Of a stretch of DNA of 64,000 nucleotides, positions 25,228 to 35,700 are shown in pieces; position 1 is the stretch's first letter, and every line of letters begins with the position of its first letter. The position numbers and the translations under genes were made by a program. Source of the stretch: Thermoanaerobaculia bacterium (GTDB lineage Bacteria > Acidobacteriota > Thermoanaerobaculia > Multivoradales > Multivoraceae); contig OY761158.1 in NCBI GenBank assembly GCA_963664405.1, forward strand, positions 3,424,001-3,488,000. Direction: 5' to 3'. A model generated the notes under the pieces. The model saw only the letters and a program-made list of their open reading frames with translations, was not told the DNA's origin and ran no database searches.

Positions 25228-27195
25228 CTACGAGCTCGCCTCGGCGCCGCCGAGGACGCCAAAGGACTCGAGGAGATCCTGGTTGTAGTGGACCTCCAGC
25301 TCCAATCGGCGCTGCTCGATGAGGGAGAGGAGTAGCGAGTTGAGCCGCTCCTGGGAAAGGCCGTCGCGGGTCTCGCTCTCTTTCTGCGCGAACTCGTCCG
25401 CGTTCCATTCAGTTCTTTCAGCGAGCTGGTAGATCACCGAGCCCTGGGGTGTCTCGTAAGGGCCTCCGACTCCCCCGACCTCGAGCTCGAAGGCCTCGTC
25501 GCTCAGCTCTGGATGGGACCCCAGCTCGGCGATGAAGCCGGAACGGGAGAAGTCGCTGGAGTCCTGGACCTCGAGGCCCAGTTCAGCCGCGAGCTCCGCG
25601 AATGCCAACCCCGCCCGCACTCTCTCGAGCGCTTCCCCAAGGGCCGTTTTCGCGGCCTCCTCTTGCTTGAAGCGCAGAACTGCCTCGCGAAGCTCGGAGT
25701 CGACCTCTTCCATACTCGGGGCTCTCGAGCCCTGGGCTTCGCGCAGCTGGAGAATCGCCCATCCCCTCGAGACCTGGATTGGTTCCGAGGTGGCACCCTC
25801 CTCGAGCCCGAAACTGGTCGTCGTGAAGGGTGTCCCTCTGCCGATGCCGGCGATGTTGTCGTCCCTCGAAAAGGCGGGGGTGGTCGCAAAGGAGGCGCCG
25901 ACTTCCGCTTCGGCTAGGGCGCCGAGACCGGTCTGCCCCTGAAGACCCTCGCTGTCGATCCGAGCTGCGAGGGTCTTGGCGAGAGCTTCGGCGGCACTCT
26001 CCGAGCGCTCGCCGAGGATGCGACTGTGAATTCGCGGTCTCACCGATTCGAAGCCCTGCAGGCCACCCTCGCGGCGCGCCAAGATCTCCACCAGGTGGAC
26101 ACCTGTGTGGGTGATCAGGTTGCTCTCGACCACGAGGAGCTCGCCGGGAGTGCCGGAAAAAGCGGCCTCTTCGAGCTCGGGGTTGAATTGGCCGCGTGTG
26201 AAAAATCCCAGCTCGCCGCCGCGATCGCGAGAGATCTCGTCCTTGGAGAGCTCCTTCGCCAGTGCGCCAAAGTCCTCGCCACCCTCTTCGATACGCTTCT
26301 TCAGGCTCTCAATCTCGGCCCTTGCTGACGCGACCTCGTCCTCTCCCTCCGCGGTGAGCAGGAGATGTCTCGCCCTGACCTGTTCTTCCTGGGTGAACTC
26401 CTCGTTGTTCGCGTCGTAGTAGGCGCGTAAGGCCGCATCGTCGATCTCGATGGTTGGCCGGAGCAGCCTGCCCTCCACGAGTATGTAGTCGACGGTGCGG
26501 CGTTCGGGGATGTGAAAGTCCGCTCGGTGCTCGTCGAAGTACTGCTCGAGATCGCCCTCTTCGATGGCGGCCAGGTCTCGAAAGGTACCCGTCGGAACGC
26601 TCAGGTAACGGATCTTCGCCGTCTCGACCTCGTTTCGGTAGGCATCTTCGACTTCGCTGTCAGCAACGTAGACGGTGTCGCCGAGTACTCCGGTGAGCTT
26701 GTCGATGAGCACCTGGGCGCTGATGTCCTCCTCGAAGTCGGCGACAGCAAAAGAGCTTTGCTGAAGGATCAGGAGGTAGTTCTCTTGACCGATGAAGTGG
26801 CCGTGCTCGTCCTGGAACTCGGGTACTTGGAGTATGGCGTCCTGAATTTCCGTCTGGCTGACCGTGAGCCCCATTCGTCCCGCTTCTTCGACCAGGATTC
26901 GCTGTGCGACCAATGCGTCTAGCGCTGCTACCGCGAGGCCGAGCTGCTGTGCGAGCTCGGCTGAATAGCTTGCTCCATAGACCGCCTGTGCCTGCCGTTC
27001 ACTCAGCTCGTAGCGGCGGCGGAAGGCGCTAAACGAGATCTCGTGGTCGCCAACGGTGACCGCGGTAGCGGTGCTCGCGGGTCCCTGGTAGCCGGCGCCG
27101 CCGAAGTCGACGAAGACAAGCAGCACGAAGGCCGCGATTACCAGCCACAAGATCCAAACCAGCTTCTTAAGATTGTCGCGAAAGGCCTTGAGCAT
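25228..27195 (-). CDS. ppiD: PpiD-like periplasmic chaperone / parvulin peptidyl-prolyl isomerase
   Basis: MLKAFRD plus TM anchor, SurA N-terminal domain, VRARHLL..FGALAKELS..GGELG rotamase motif. Confidence 0.85.
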   Translation of the reverse strand: MLKAFRDNLKKLVWILWLVIAAFVLLVFVDFGGAGYQGPASTATAVTVGDHEISFSAFRRRYELSERQAQAVYGASYSAELAQQLGLAVAALDALVAQRILVEEAGRMGLTVSQTEIQDAILQVPEFQDEHGHFIGQENYLLILQQSSFAVADFEEDISAQVLIDKLTGVLGDTVYVADSEVEDAYRNEVETAKIRYLSVPTGTFRDLAAIEEGDLEQYFDEHRADFHIPERRTVDYILVEGRLLRPTIEIDDAALRAYYDANNEEFTQEEQVRARHLLLTAEGEDEVASARAEIESLKKRIEEGGEDFGALAKELSKDEISRDRGGELGFFTRGQFNPELEEAAFSGTPGELLVVESNLITHTGVHLVEILARREGGLQGFESVRPRIHSRILGERSESAAEALAKTLAARIDSEGLQGQTGLGALAEAEVGASFATTPAFSRDDNIAGIGRGTPFTTTSFGLEEGATSEPIQVSRGWAILQLREAQGSRAPSMEEVDSELREAVLRFKQEEAAKTALGEALERVRAGLAFAELAAELGLEVQDSSDFSRSGFIAELGSHPELSDEAFELEVGGVGGPYETPQGSVIYQLAERTEWNADEFAQKESETRDGLSQERLNSLLLSLIEQRRLELEVHYNQDLLESFGVLGGAEASS

Positions 27196-27421
27196 GCTAC
27201 TCCCCGTTACGGCCCGCAGGGCCCTAAGGGCACTACTGTACCAACCTGCAGGGAGTGGCGGCAACTGCTCGACGCCGGCCTCGGTCCGGCCAGAGGCGCC
27301 CCCCGCGAAACGCCGTTGCGCTCCCAGAAAACGCCTTGATGAAGGGCCTGTAACCCCTTTTTTTGAGGGTACTTGTGCTATATTCTCGCTGTTTGACACG
27401 ATCTCGGCGGAGCAGGACCCG

Positions 27422-28843
27422 GTGGCCAAAGCTTTCAAAAAGACCGGTTGGTACAGCGTGTCTGAGGACACCCTCAGAGGCCTGGCCAAGTTGGTTCTGG
27501 GCGTCGGCCTACTGATCGGTGGCTACCAGGCGTACCAGCGTTGGGATGAGTACACCCTCGAACGCCGAGCCAACGAGACCCTGGACCGCGCACGGGTATT
27601 GATGAGAACCCTGAGCTCCGATAGCAACACTACCGGCTATCAGGACGAGCTGTCGAAAGCGTCGCTGCACTTGAGCGAAGCGGAGGACGCCTGGAAGGGT
27701 GGCTCCTACCGCTCAGCCCTGGGAAAAGCACAGATCAGCCGCGGCCTCCTGCTCGACGTCCTGGACTCGATGCAGAATCCGGGGCGCAGAGGCGAGGCTC
27801 GTTTCATCTATATCGAAGGGGTCGTCGAGTACCGACGTGGTGAGACTGGCAGCTTTCGCCGTGCGAGGCCTCGCGATGCCCTCTACGATGGCGACTACGT
27901 TCGCTCGTCGGGGCAGGGGTCGGCAGAGTTGCTCTTCGATAGCGATGGGACCTTATTTACCGTTCGGCCCGGCACGATGCTCAAAGTCCAGCGCCAGCTT
28001 GGCCTCAGCAGTCGGAAACAGCCGGTGCGGATGGAGTACGGCTGGGTAGATCTGCAGACCTCGGGGCGACCGAGCGGAGTCGAGACCGAGTACGCGGCGC
28101 TGCAACTGAATACCGAGTCGGAGGCGACGATCACCTTCGAAGAGCACTCGTCGACAGGCCGTTTCGCGGTGGGTCGGGGGTCGGGAGCGGTCGAGGCGGC
28201 GGAGTCCGGCGACGTCCTACGTCTCGGCGCGCTGAAACAGGTAGTGCAGAAGGAGTCCGAGCTTGGAGCGGCCACGGATCTTCTCGAGCGACCCGACATC
28301 GTATCTCCACCTTCGAATTTCGACCTCAATCTCGATCGTACTCGCGAAGTGGCCCTGTCCTGGGATCGCGTTGACGGTTCCGCCGGCTACCGCTTTCAGG
28401 TCTCCCGCAATCGCCTCTTCGGCGATCCGCTGGTGGACACTAAGCGTGCAAAGACGAACGCGACACTCGGCGTCAATGGACAAGGGAACTTCTATTGGCG
28501 AGTCGCTGCCTACGCGCCCGATGGCAGTCTCGGACCCTGGAGCGCGATGCGAAAGTTTCGAGTGCTTTCGTTCGGCGGTATCGGCTGGAAGGATACAGTG
28601 GCACCCGCACTCGACATCGCCGGGGTCAACGTCAACGGCAATATCGTCATCGTGACTGGCCGAACCGAACCTGGAGTGAGGCTGGAGATAGACGGCCAGC
28701 GCGCCCCGGTTGCCGCCGATGGGGAATTCACGTTGTCGGTAACTCCCGATTCAGAGGGCTTGGTGAACCTGGTTGTGTCTGCCGTTGACGCGTCGGGGAA
28801 TCGCACCTTGAAGACCCGCCAGGTCTTCATCGAGACACTCTAG
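27422..28843 (+). CDS. Membrane-anchored protein with FecR-like, FN3 and Ig-like domains
   Basis: N-terminal TM; GVVEYRR..LYDGDYVRS..AELLF..DG FecR-like; LSW..YRFQVS..YWRVAA..GPWS FN3; DTVAP..GRTEPG..DASGN Ig-like. Confidence 0.65.
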   Translation: MAKAFKKTGWYSVSEDTLRGLAKLVLGVGLLIGGYQAYQRWDEYTLERRANETLDRARVLMRTLSSDSNTTGYQDELSKASLHLSEAEDAWKGGSYRSALGKAQISRGLLLDVLDSMQNPGRRGEARFIYIEGVVEYRRGETGSFRRARPRDALYDGDYVRSSGQGSAELLFDSDGTLFTVRPGTMLKVQRQLGLSSRKQPVRMEYGWVDLQTSGRPSGVETEYAALQLNTESEATITFEEHSSTGRFAVGRGSGAVEAAESGDVLRLGALKQVVQKESELGAATDLLERPDIVSPPSNFDLNLDRTREVALSWDRVDGSAGYRFQVSRNRLFGDPLVDTKRAKTNATLGVNGQGNFYWRVAAYAPDGSLGPWSAMRKFRVLSFGGIGWKDTVAPALDIAGVNVNGNIVIVTGRTEPGVRLEIDGQRAPVAADGEFTLSVTPDSEGLVNLVVSAVDASGNRTLKTRQVFIETL

Positions 28844-28876
28844 CTCGTCCGACGGCACGAGAGATCAGGTACTCAG

Positions 28877-29896
28877 ATGCCGTCCTTCTTCCGACTGTTC
28901 TCCAATGATCTAGCGATCGATCTGGGCACCGCCAATACGCTGGTGTTCGCAAGGGACCGGGGGATCGTGGTGCGTGAGCCATCGGTCGTCGTCTTGAACA
29001 AGAAGACGAACAAGATCGAAGCGGTGGGGAACGAGGCCAAGGAAATGCTGGGTCGCACCCCCGGCAATATCGAATCTGTGCGTCCGATGAAAGACGGAGT
29101 GATCGCCGACTTCGACATGACAGAGAAGATGTTGAAGTACTTTATCCGCCAGGCACACGGGGGTCGGCGCATTCCGGCTCGACCGCGGATCGTGATCGGC
29201 GTTCCGTCGGAAATTACGCCGGTAGAGAAGCGGGCGGTGAGAGAGTCGGCGATGAGTGCGGGCGCCTCGGAGGTGTTCCTCGTCGAGCAGGCGATGATGG
29301 CTGCCATCGGCGCCGGACTGCCTATTACCGAGCCCTCTGGCAATATGGTGGTCGATATCGGCGGGGGTACCACCGACGTCGCCGTCATCTCGCTGTCGGG
29401 GACGGTCTACAGTCGGTCGGTTCGGGTTGCCGGCAATGAGATGGACGAAGCCATCATTCAGTACCTCAAGCGCAAGTACAACCTGCTCATTGGTGAGCGC
29501 ACCTCGGAGCAGATCAAGATCGAGCTGGGCTCTGCGTATCCGCTTAAAGAAGAGCTGACAATGGATATCAAGGGCCGCGACCTCGTTGAGGGAGTTCCCA
29601 AGTCGCTGACGATCCGCGATGCGGAAATTCGCGAAGCCCTCGCCGAGCCGGTGGGGACCATTGTCAAGGTGGTGCGCTGGGCCCTAGAGCGAACGCCGCC
29701 GGAGCTCTCCGCAGACATCATGGACAAAGGAATCGTGCTCAGTGGCGGGGGCGCGTTGCTGCGCAGTCTCGACCAACGGCTTCGTGATGAGACCGGGCTC
29801 CCGGTGGTGACCGCCGAGGATCCGCTGGCGTCTGTCGTCCTCGGTACTGGCCGCCTGCTCGAGGATATTGATCTGCTCCGAAAGGTCTCTCTATGA
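28877..29896 (+). CDS. mreB: Rod shape-determining protein MreB
   Basis: AIDLGTANT, EPSVV, DIGGGTT, LSGGGALL. Confidence 0.98.
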   Translation: MPSFFRLFSNDLAIDLGTANTLVFARDRGIVVREPSVVVLNKKTNKIEAVGNEAKEMLGRTPGNIESVRPMKDGVIADFDMTEKMLKYFIRQAHGGRRIPARPRIVIGVPSEITPVEKRAVRESAMSAGASEVFLVEQAMMAAIGAGLPITEPSGNMVVDIGGGTTDVAVISLSGTVYSRSVRVAGNEMDEAIIQYLKRKYNLLIGERTSEQIKIELGSAYPLKEELTMDIKGRDLVEGVPKSLTIRDAEIREALAEPVGTIVKVVRWALERTPPELSADIMDKGIVLSGGGALLRSLDQRLRDETGLPVVTAEDPLASVVLGTGRLLEDIDLLRKVSL

Positions 29897-29921
29897 AGTG
29901 TGCTCAAAGGGGACTGTTCAA

Positions 29922-30764
29922 GTGAAGAAGCGTTGGACGACCCTCGTTTTTCTGGGTCTGCTTCTGGCGCAGCTCGTTCTTCTTTCTTCTCAGGTCCGGC
30001 ACCCGGAGACGGGGAGCACCCAGCTCGAGAGGACGGCGCTGCGGGCAATCGCCCCCCCGGCGAGGCTGTTCAGTGGCTTGCTCGGCGTCGGATCGAGCCT
30101 CTCCGAAAACTTCCGATCTCGTTCTCGCTTGCAGAGCGAAGTTCAGGTTCTGGAGGCTCAACTCCAGACTCTCCAAATGGAGTACGCCCGTTTGCGCTCG
30201 CTCGAGGGCCAAGTCGAGAGACTTTCTAACGCGCTTGGTTACAAGGCTCCCTTCGACGGGCAGCTGCGCCTTGCCGACGTGGTCTACGTCGATCACTCTT
30301 CCTGGCTTCAGACGCTATTTCTCTTTCTTCCGGGTCGTCAAGCATCTGAGAGCAGCCCGGTGACCGCGCCGGAGGGCCTGGTCGGGCGAGTGATCTTGTC
30401 GGAGGGCCCTTATTCGAAGGTGCAGCTGATCACGGATCGGGCCTCGGGCATCGGCGCGATGATCGAGCGCACCAGACGCCAGGGAATCGCTCGCGGCGCC
30501 GGCCGCTCAGGTCTGAGCCTCGAGTACGTGCCGCTACAGGCGGATGTGCAGGTCGGAGACCGAGTGCTCACCTCAGGCACCGACGGTCTCTACCCGCGCG
30601 GCGTGCCGATCGGTTTCGTGGTCGAAGTCGGCCCCGGCACGGAGCTCTTTCACAGCATCCGGCTTGCGCCGGCGGTGGACTTCGGAATGTTGGACCAGGT
30701 CTTCGTGGCGATGGGGGACGCGCTTCCCGGCAAGGCCGCGGCGATTACGAGTGCGAGCCCTTAG
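29922..30764 (+). CDS. mreC: Rod shape-determining protein MreC
   Basis: TM plus coiled coil, GLVGRV, GDRVLTSG..YPRGVPIG; operon position. Confidence 0.93.
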   Translation: MKKRWTTLVFLGLLLAQLVLLSSQVRHPETGSTQLERTALRAIAPPARLFSGLLGVGSSLSENFRSRSRLQSEVQVLEAQLQTLQMEYARLRSLEGQVERLSNALGYKAPFDGQLRLADVVYVDHSSWLQTLFLFLPGRQASESSPVTAPEGLVGRVILSEGPYSKVQLITDRASGIGAMIERTRRQGIARGAGRSGLSLEYVPLQADVQVGDRVLTSGTDGLYPRGVPIGFVVEVGPGTELFHSIRLAPAVDFGMLDQVFVAMGDALPGKAAAITSASP

Positions 30765-31263
30765 GTTCTTAGCCGGGTTGGCGACCGCCCTCTCCGCCCA
30801 CATCCTGCTTGTGGCTCTAGCGCCGGAAGCTGCGCGCTTTGTCGACCCTTTCCTGCTCCTGGTCGCGTTTCACGCGATGGACGGGGCGGTGCTGGCGGGT
30901 GTCCTTGCCGGTGTGGTTTCCGGCCTCTCGGAGGATGCTCTGACAGGTGGTATCTACGGCTTGCATGGATTTGCGGCGACCGTGGTGGGGTACGTCGCGG
31001 CGCGTGCGGCGCGCGTGCTGACTCTTCAGAAGAGCTACTACGTCGGACTCTACTTTGCCTCAGCGGTTCTCGTGCAACAGCTGGTCCTGCAAACCCTCTT
31101 ATTGCTGCTTTGGCAGCGGCCTCAGCTCCCCACGCTCGGCGAGCTTAGTCTCCGAGTCGTGGTGGCCGCCCCTCTCGGCGCCTTGCTGGTCGGGACCGTC
31201 GAACGGTTCAGCGAGAGCTATCGGATCTGGAAGGCGCGCAGACCCCGCGTCTCCCTGGATTAG
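30751..31263 (+). CDS. mreD: Rod shape-determining protein MreD
   Basis: Hydrophobic ~170 aa, GLSED..G.YGL; between mreC and mrdA. Confidence 0.85.
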   Translation: MRALRFLAGLATALSAHILLVALAPEAARFVDPFLLLVAFHAMDGAVLAGVLAGVVSGLSEDALTGGIYGLHGFAATVVGYVAARAARVLTLQKSYYVGLYFASAVLVQQLVLQTLLLLLWQRPQLPTLGELSLRVVVAAPLGALLVGTVERFSESYRIWKARRPRVSLD

Positions 31264-31313
31264 CATGGGCTCGTAGTGCAACCAGGCATCTCGGGTGTTA
31301 CCGTCGACTAGCG

Positions 31314-33104
31314 ATGATCTCAGGCGAACTAGAACGAAAAGAGCTGATGGCGCTTCGCGCCAGGTATCTCGCCGTTGCTATGGCCCTATTGTTTGGGGTC
31401 GTCATCTCCGGATATTGGTACACGCAAGTCGTCCGCGGGGGCTTCTATCGCGAGCTTTCGGAAAACAACCGGCTTCGCGAGAGGCGGATCCAAGCGCCGC
31501 GTGGGCTGATTCTGGATCGCGAGAATCGACCCATGGTGGAGAACGTCCCTAGCTACCAGCTACTTCTTGATCGGAGCCGGGCGCGAGACCTCGCTCGGAG
31601 CATCGACTTTCTGTCACGATCTATTGGCCAATCTGAAGCGGAGACGCTCGACCGTCTTGGCCGGGCCGCCGGTATGCCTTCATTCACCCCTGTTCTGGTG
31701 GCCGAGGATCTGACCTTCGAGCAGGTGGCGAGACTGGAGGCGGCCGCGCTCGAGCACCCCGAGCTCGAGATCGAAGTGCGACAGCGGCGCTTCTATCGCC
31801 ATGCCACGCAGACAGCCCACGTCGTCGGGCACCTGGGCGAGGCTACCCCTGAAATCATCGCTCGCCGGCCGAATCTCAAGGCTGGTGATCTGGTGGGGGT
31901 CAAGGGTATCGAGCAGGCCTATGACTCTCTGTTGCGGGGTCAGGATGGCCGGCAAGTGGTCGTGGTGGACAGCCGCGGCAAGCTGGTTCGTGAGCATCTC
32001 AGGGAACCGGGCCAGCCAGGACAGAACATCGAGTCGACTCTCGATCTCGATCTCCAGCAGGAGGCGGAGCGCTTCTTCCGCGACAAAGTCGGCAGCGCGA
32101 TCGCAATGGATCCGCGAAACGGAGAAATCCTGGCGATGGTCTCTTCGCCCTCCTACAATCCGAACGCCTTCGCCCGCAGGCTGGATTCGAGCGAGTGGCG
32201 CAGTATTCTGGCCGCTCCCCATCAACCCTTGCAGAACCGCGGGGCGCAGAATGCGTACCCGCCGGGATCAGTATTCAAGATCGTCATTGCGATTGGCGCC
32301 CTCGAAGAGGGCATCGTCGACCCGACCGAGACGCGCTTTTGCGGAGGCTCGACGCGGATCTATAACCATCGCTTTCGCTGCTGGCGTCGGCAGGGCCACG
32401 GCGCCGTGAACCTGGCTGAGGCTCTAAAGCAGTCTTGCGACGTCTTCTTCTACCATCTCGGCCCCCGACTCTCGATCGAGCGCATCGAAGAGTGGGCTAA
32501 GCGGTTGGGCTTCGGTGCTTTGACCGGTATCGACCTCCAGGGCGAGCGGCCGGGGCTGGTACCGGGCCGGGAGTGGAGCTTGCGCCATCGCGGCACGATC
32601 TGGTACCCCGGAGAGACCGTTTCGGTGTCGATTGGTCAGGGCCCTTTACTGGTGACGCCCCTTCAGATTGCGGTGATGATGAGTGCGGTCGCGAATGGAG
32701 GAACGATCGTTCAGCCCCATCTTGTACGCGGGCTCGGACACGATGAATCGAAGCGCCTCGATTTGGACCCCGCAACGGTGGAATTGGTGCGAGACGCGCT
32801 GGTCGCGGTGGTCAATGAAAGCGGCGGCACAGGAGCCTCGGCGCGAGTTGCCGGGCTCGAGGTCGCGGGGAAGACTGGAACCGCGCAGGTGATCAACCAG
32901 CCGGTCGAGGTCGATTCTGACACGCTACCCTATTTGCAGCGCGATCACGCCTGGTTCGCGTCGTTCGCGCCGGCGGGTAGTGCCGAGCTTGTTGTGGTCG
33001 TTTTTGTCGAGCACGGTGGGCATGGAAGCACCGCTGCGGCTCCTTTGGCCCGGCTTCTTTATGAGAGACATTTCCGGTCGCTTTCCGACGATCTCGATAC
33101 CTGA
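31314..33104 (+). CDS. mrdA: Penicillin-binding protein 2
   Basis: APRGLILDR, YPPGSVFK (SxxK), SCD, KTGTAQ, DHAWF. Confidence 0.96.
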   Translation: MISGELERKELMALRARYLAVAMALLFGVVISGYWYTQVVRGGFYRELSENNRLRERRIQAPRGLILDRENRPMVENVPSYQLLLDRSRARDLARSIDFLSRSIGQSEAETLDRLGRAAGMPSFTPVLVAEDLTFEQVARLEAAALEHPELEIEVRQRRFYRHATQTAHVVGHLGEATPEIIARRPNLKAGDLVGVKGIEQAYDSLLRGQDGRQVVVVDSRGKLVREHLREPGQPGQNIESTLDLDLQQEAERFFRDKVGSAIAMDPRNGEILAMVSSPSYNPNAFARRLDSSEWRSILAAPHQPLQNRGAQNAYPPGSVFKIVIAIGALEEGIVDPTETRFCGGSTRIYNHRFRCWRRQGHGAVNLAEALKQSCDVFFYHLGPRLSIERIEEWAKRLGFGALTGIDLQGERPGLVPGREWSLRHRGTIWYPGETVSVSIGQGPLLVTPLQIAVMMSAVANGGTIVQPHLVRGLGHDESKRLDLDPATVELVRDALVAVVNESGGTGASARVAGLEVAGKTGTAQVINQPVEVDSDTLPYLQRDHAWFASFAPAGSAELVVVVFVEHGGHGSTAAAPLARLLYERHFRSLSDDLDT

Positions 33105-34200
33105 GGAGCATCCGCTCCTCCGGCGCTTCGGGAGCCTGTCATGGGGACTCGTCTTCTGTGCCTTCGCGCTGTCGCTGGTGGGGCTAACGGTGGTTTGGAG
33201 TGCCAGCGCTGAGCTCGCGACGGATTACCTGACGCGCCAGACGTCTTGGGTCGGTCTCGGTTTGCTTGCCCTGATGTTCGGCTTCTCGCTCAATTATTCG
33301 ACCCTGTTACGCTTTGCCGTCGTTCTCTACGGCCTCGGCCTGGCAATGTTGGTTGCGATCCTGTTCTTTGGCCACGAGGCGGGTGGAGCGCGGAGCTGGG
33401 TCGGGTTTGCAGGCCTGGGCGGCCAGCCTGCTGATTTTGCAAAGCTGTCGACTGTGCTCCTTCTGGTGCGTTACCTGGGAGTTAGTGAGGGTCGCTATCT
33501 TCAGCAGAAAGAGGTGTTGGTGGCGGCCCTCATCGCCGCTTTGCCCGCCGCGCTCATCGTGCTGCAGCCCGATCTGGGAAGTGCGCTGATCTTGGTTCCC
33601 ACCGTCGCCACCATGGTCTGGCTGAGTGGGATTCGTCCGAAGATGGTGGCTATGATCGCCTTGGTCGTCTTGATCGCCGCCGCCGCCGCTTGGACCTTCG
33701 GACTCAGGGACTATCAACGAGATCGGCTGCTCACTTTCTTCTCACCGCAGAGCGACCCACTAGGCTCGGGCTATCAGCTGCAGCAGAGCAAGATCGCTGT
33801 CGGTTCCGGAGAGCTCCTCGGCCGGGGCTTTCTCCAGGGTACCCAGAGCCAACTTCGTTTCCTGCCCGCCCGCCACACGGACTTCGCCTTTGCCGTGCTG
33901 GCCGAGGAGCGAGGCTTTGTCGGGGTGGTCGCTGTCATGGGGCTCTATGGTTGGTTTCTCTGGAGTGGGTTGCGAGTGGCGGGCCGGGCGCGCGATCGCC
34001 AGGCGTTGCTGCTCGTCATGGGGCTCTTGGCGGTGCTCGTTTGCCATGTCTTGTACAACACGGCGATGATGATCGGATTGATGCCCATAACCGGAATTCC
34101 TTTACCCTTCATCAGCTATGGTGGCTCTTTCACCCTTTTCTGCTTCTTTGCCACCGGACTCATTCTCGGCGTCGACTTTCGCCGTTGGGTGAACCGCTAA
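33061..34200 (+). CDS. rodA: Peptidoglycan glycosyltransferase RodA (SEDS)
   Basis: QPDLG, DPLGSGYQ, HTDFAFAVLAEE, PITGIPLPFISYGGS; start approximate. Confidence 0.95.
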   Translation: MRDISGRFPTISIPEEHPLLRRFGSLSWGLVFCAFALSLVGLTVVWSASAELATDYLTRQTSWVGLGLLALMFGFSLNYSTLLRFAVVLYGLGLAMLVAILFFGHEAGGARSWVGFAGLGGQPADFAKLSTVLLLVRYLGVSEGRYLQQKEVLVAALIAALPAALIVLQPDLGSALILVPTVATMVWLSGIRPKMVAMIALVVLIAAAAAWTFGLRDYQRDRLLTFFSPQSDPLGSGYQLQQSKIAVGSGELLGRGFLQGTQSQLRFLPARHTDFAFAVLAEERGFVGVVAVMGLYGWFLWSGLRVAGRARDRQALLLVMGLLAVLVCHVLYNTAMMIGLMPITGIPLPFISYGGSFTLFCFFATGLILGVDFRRWVNR

Positions 34201-35700
34201 ATGGCGATCAACAAGAGGATGTTGGTGGAGCGTGATCCGCATCAGACGCGGATCGCGGTCTTGGAGGACGACCGCCTGGCCGAGATCTTCCTGGAGAGTC
34301 ACCGCCACCGCGGCTTGGTTGGAAGTGTCTTCTTGGGACGCGTGATCCGAGTACTGCCGGGTATGCAGGCCGCATTCGTCGACCTCGGACTGAGTCGTGA
34401 CGCCTTTCTCTATGTGAGCGATGCTGCCGTGGGAGAGGACGACACGGCGGTCGAGTCGGGTGAAGCGTTGGAGACCGGCGATCTGCGGGTCGACGCCGAA
34501 CCGTCGATCGAGGATCTACTCAGAGTCGGACAGGAGATTTTGGTTCAGGTCAGAAAGGACTCGATCGCCAACAAAGGTGCGAGAGTCTCGGCGCAGATCA
34601 CGCTTCCAAGCCGCTACGCAGTGTTAGTTCCTCGCTCGAAGCAGCTCGGCATCTCGCGGCGCATCGAAGACGAGGCGGAGCGTGAGCGTCTGCTGGCCCT
34701 ACTCGAGGAGCTCAAACCGGAGGACGCCGGCCTGATCGCCCGCACCGAAGCCGAGGGAAGAGGGCGAGAAGAGCTGGCGCAGGACATCACTCAGCTGCTC
34801 AGCTCCTGGGAGGAGATTTCGGCCCGGGCCGAGAGCAGTGCGGCCCCTTGCCTCGTTCACGGCGACGTTAGCCTGATCTCGAGAGCGGTCCGGGATCTTT
34901 TCAATCAGGACTATTCAGCCCTGTGGGCGGATAGCGAGGAAGCCTACGAGGAGATCGCCGAGCTCCTGGCTCGTACCCAGCCCGAGCTGCTCGGTACCGT
35001 GAGGCTCGACCATCATGAGCTGGGTCTCTTCGAGCGCTTTGGAGTCGACAAGGAAATCGAGGCGGCACTGGAAAGCAAGGTCTGGCTCCGATCCGGGGGC
35101 TACCTCGTCATCAACCCAACCGAGGCGCTGGTAGCCATCGACGTCAACACCGGTCGATTCGTGGGCAAGGACAGCCTCGAGGACACCATTTTCCGCACCA
35201 ATTTGGAAGCCGTTCGTGAGATCGTGCGCCAGATCCGCCTTCGTGATCTCGGAGGGATTCTCGTTCTCGACCTCATCGACATGGAGGAGGAAGCGCACCG
35301 AGTAGAGGTCTTCGAGTTTCTCGAGGAAGAGCTGAAAAAGGATCGGTCGCGGACTCGAGTTCTCAACATCTCTGAATTTGGGCTGGTCGAGCTGACCCGC
35401 AAGCGGAGCCGGTCGAACCTCCGTTCGTTGCTCACCCGAGCTTGCCCCCATTGCAAGGGTAGCGGCACCATAAGGTCCGTGCGCACCGTGTGTCTGGACT
35501 TACGCCGAGAGGTCCTGAAACGACCTCGGCTCGCGCCAGACACCGAGCTACTGCTGAGGGTGCATCCGGAAGTCGCCGATGCACTGCACGGCGGAGAGAG
35601 CGCGATCCTCGAGGAGCTCGAAGGCCTACTCGAAGGCAGAGTGCTCGTGCGCGGCGACCCCGAACTCCATCATGAGCACTTCGACGTCTTCGAGCTCTGA
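34201..35700 (+). CDS. rng: Ribonuclease G (Rne/Rng family)
   Basis: PGMQAAFVD S1 domain, TEALVAIDVNTG, RLRDLGG, CPHC.G.G. Confidence 0.94.
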   Translation: MAINKRMLVERDPHQTRIAVLEDDRLAEIFLESHRHRGLVGSVFLGRVIRVLPGMQAAFVDLGLSRDAFLYVSDAAVGEDDTAVESGEALETGDLRVDAEPSIEDLLRVGQEILVQVRKDSIANKGARVSAQITLPSRYAVLVPRSKQLGISRRIEDEAERERLLALLEELKPEDAGLIARTEAEGRGREELAQDITQLLSSWEEISARAESSAAPCLVHGDVSLISRAVRDLFNQDYSALWADSEEAYEEIAELLARTQPELLGTVRLDHHELGLFERFGVDKEIEAALESKVWLRSGGYLVINPTEALVAIDVNTGRFVGKDSLEDTIFRTNLEAVREIVRQIRLRDLGGILVLDLIDMEEEAHRVEVFEFLEEELKKDRSRTRVLNISEFGLVELTRKRSRSNLRSLLTRACPHCKGSGTIRSVRTVCLDLRREVLKRPRLAPDTELLLRVHPEVADALHGGESAILEELEGLLEGRVLVRGDPELHHEHFDVFEL

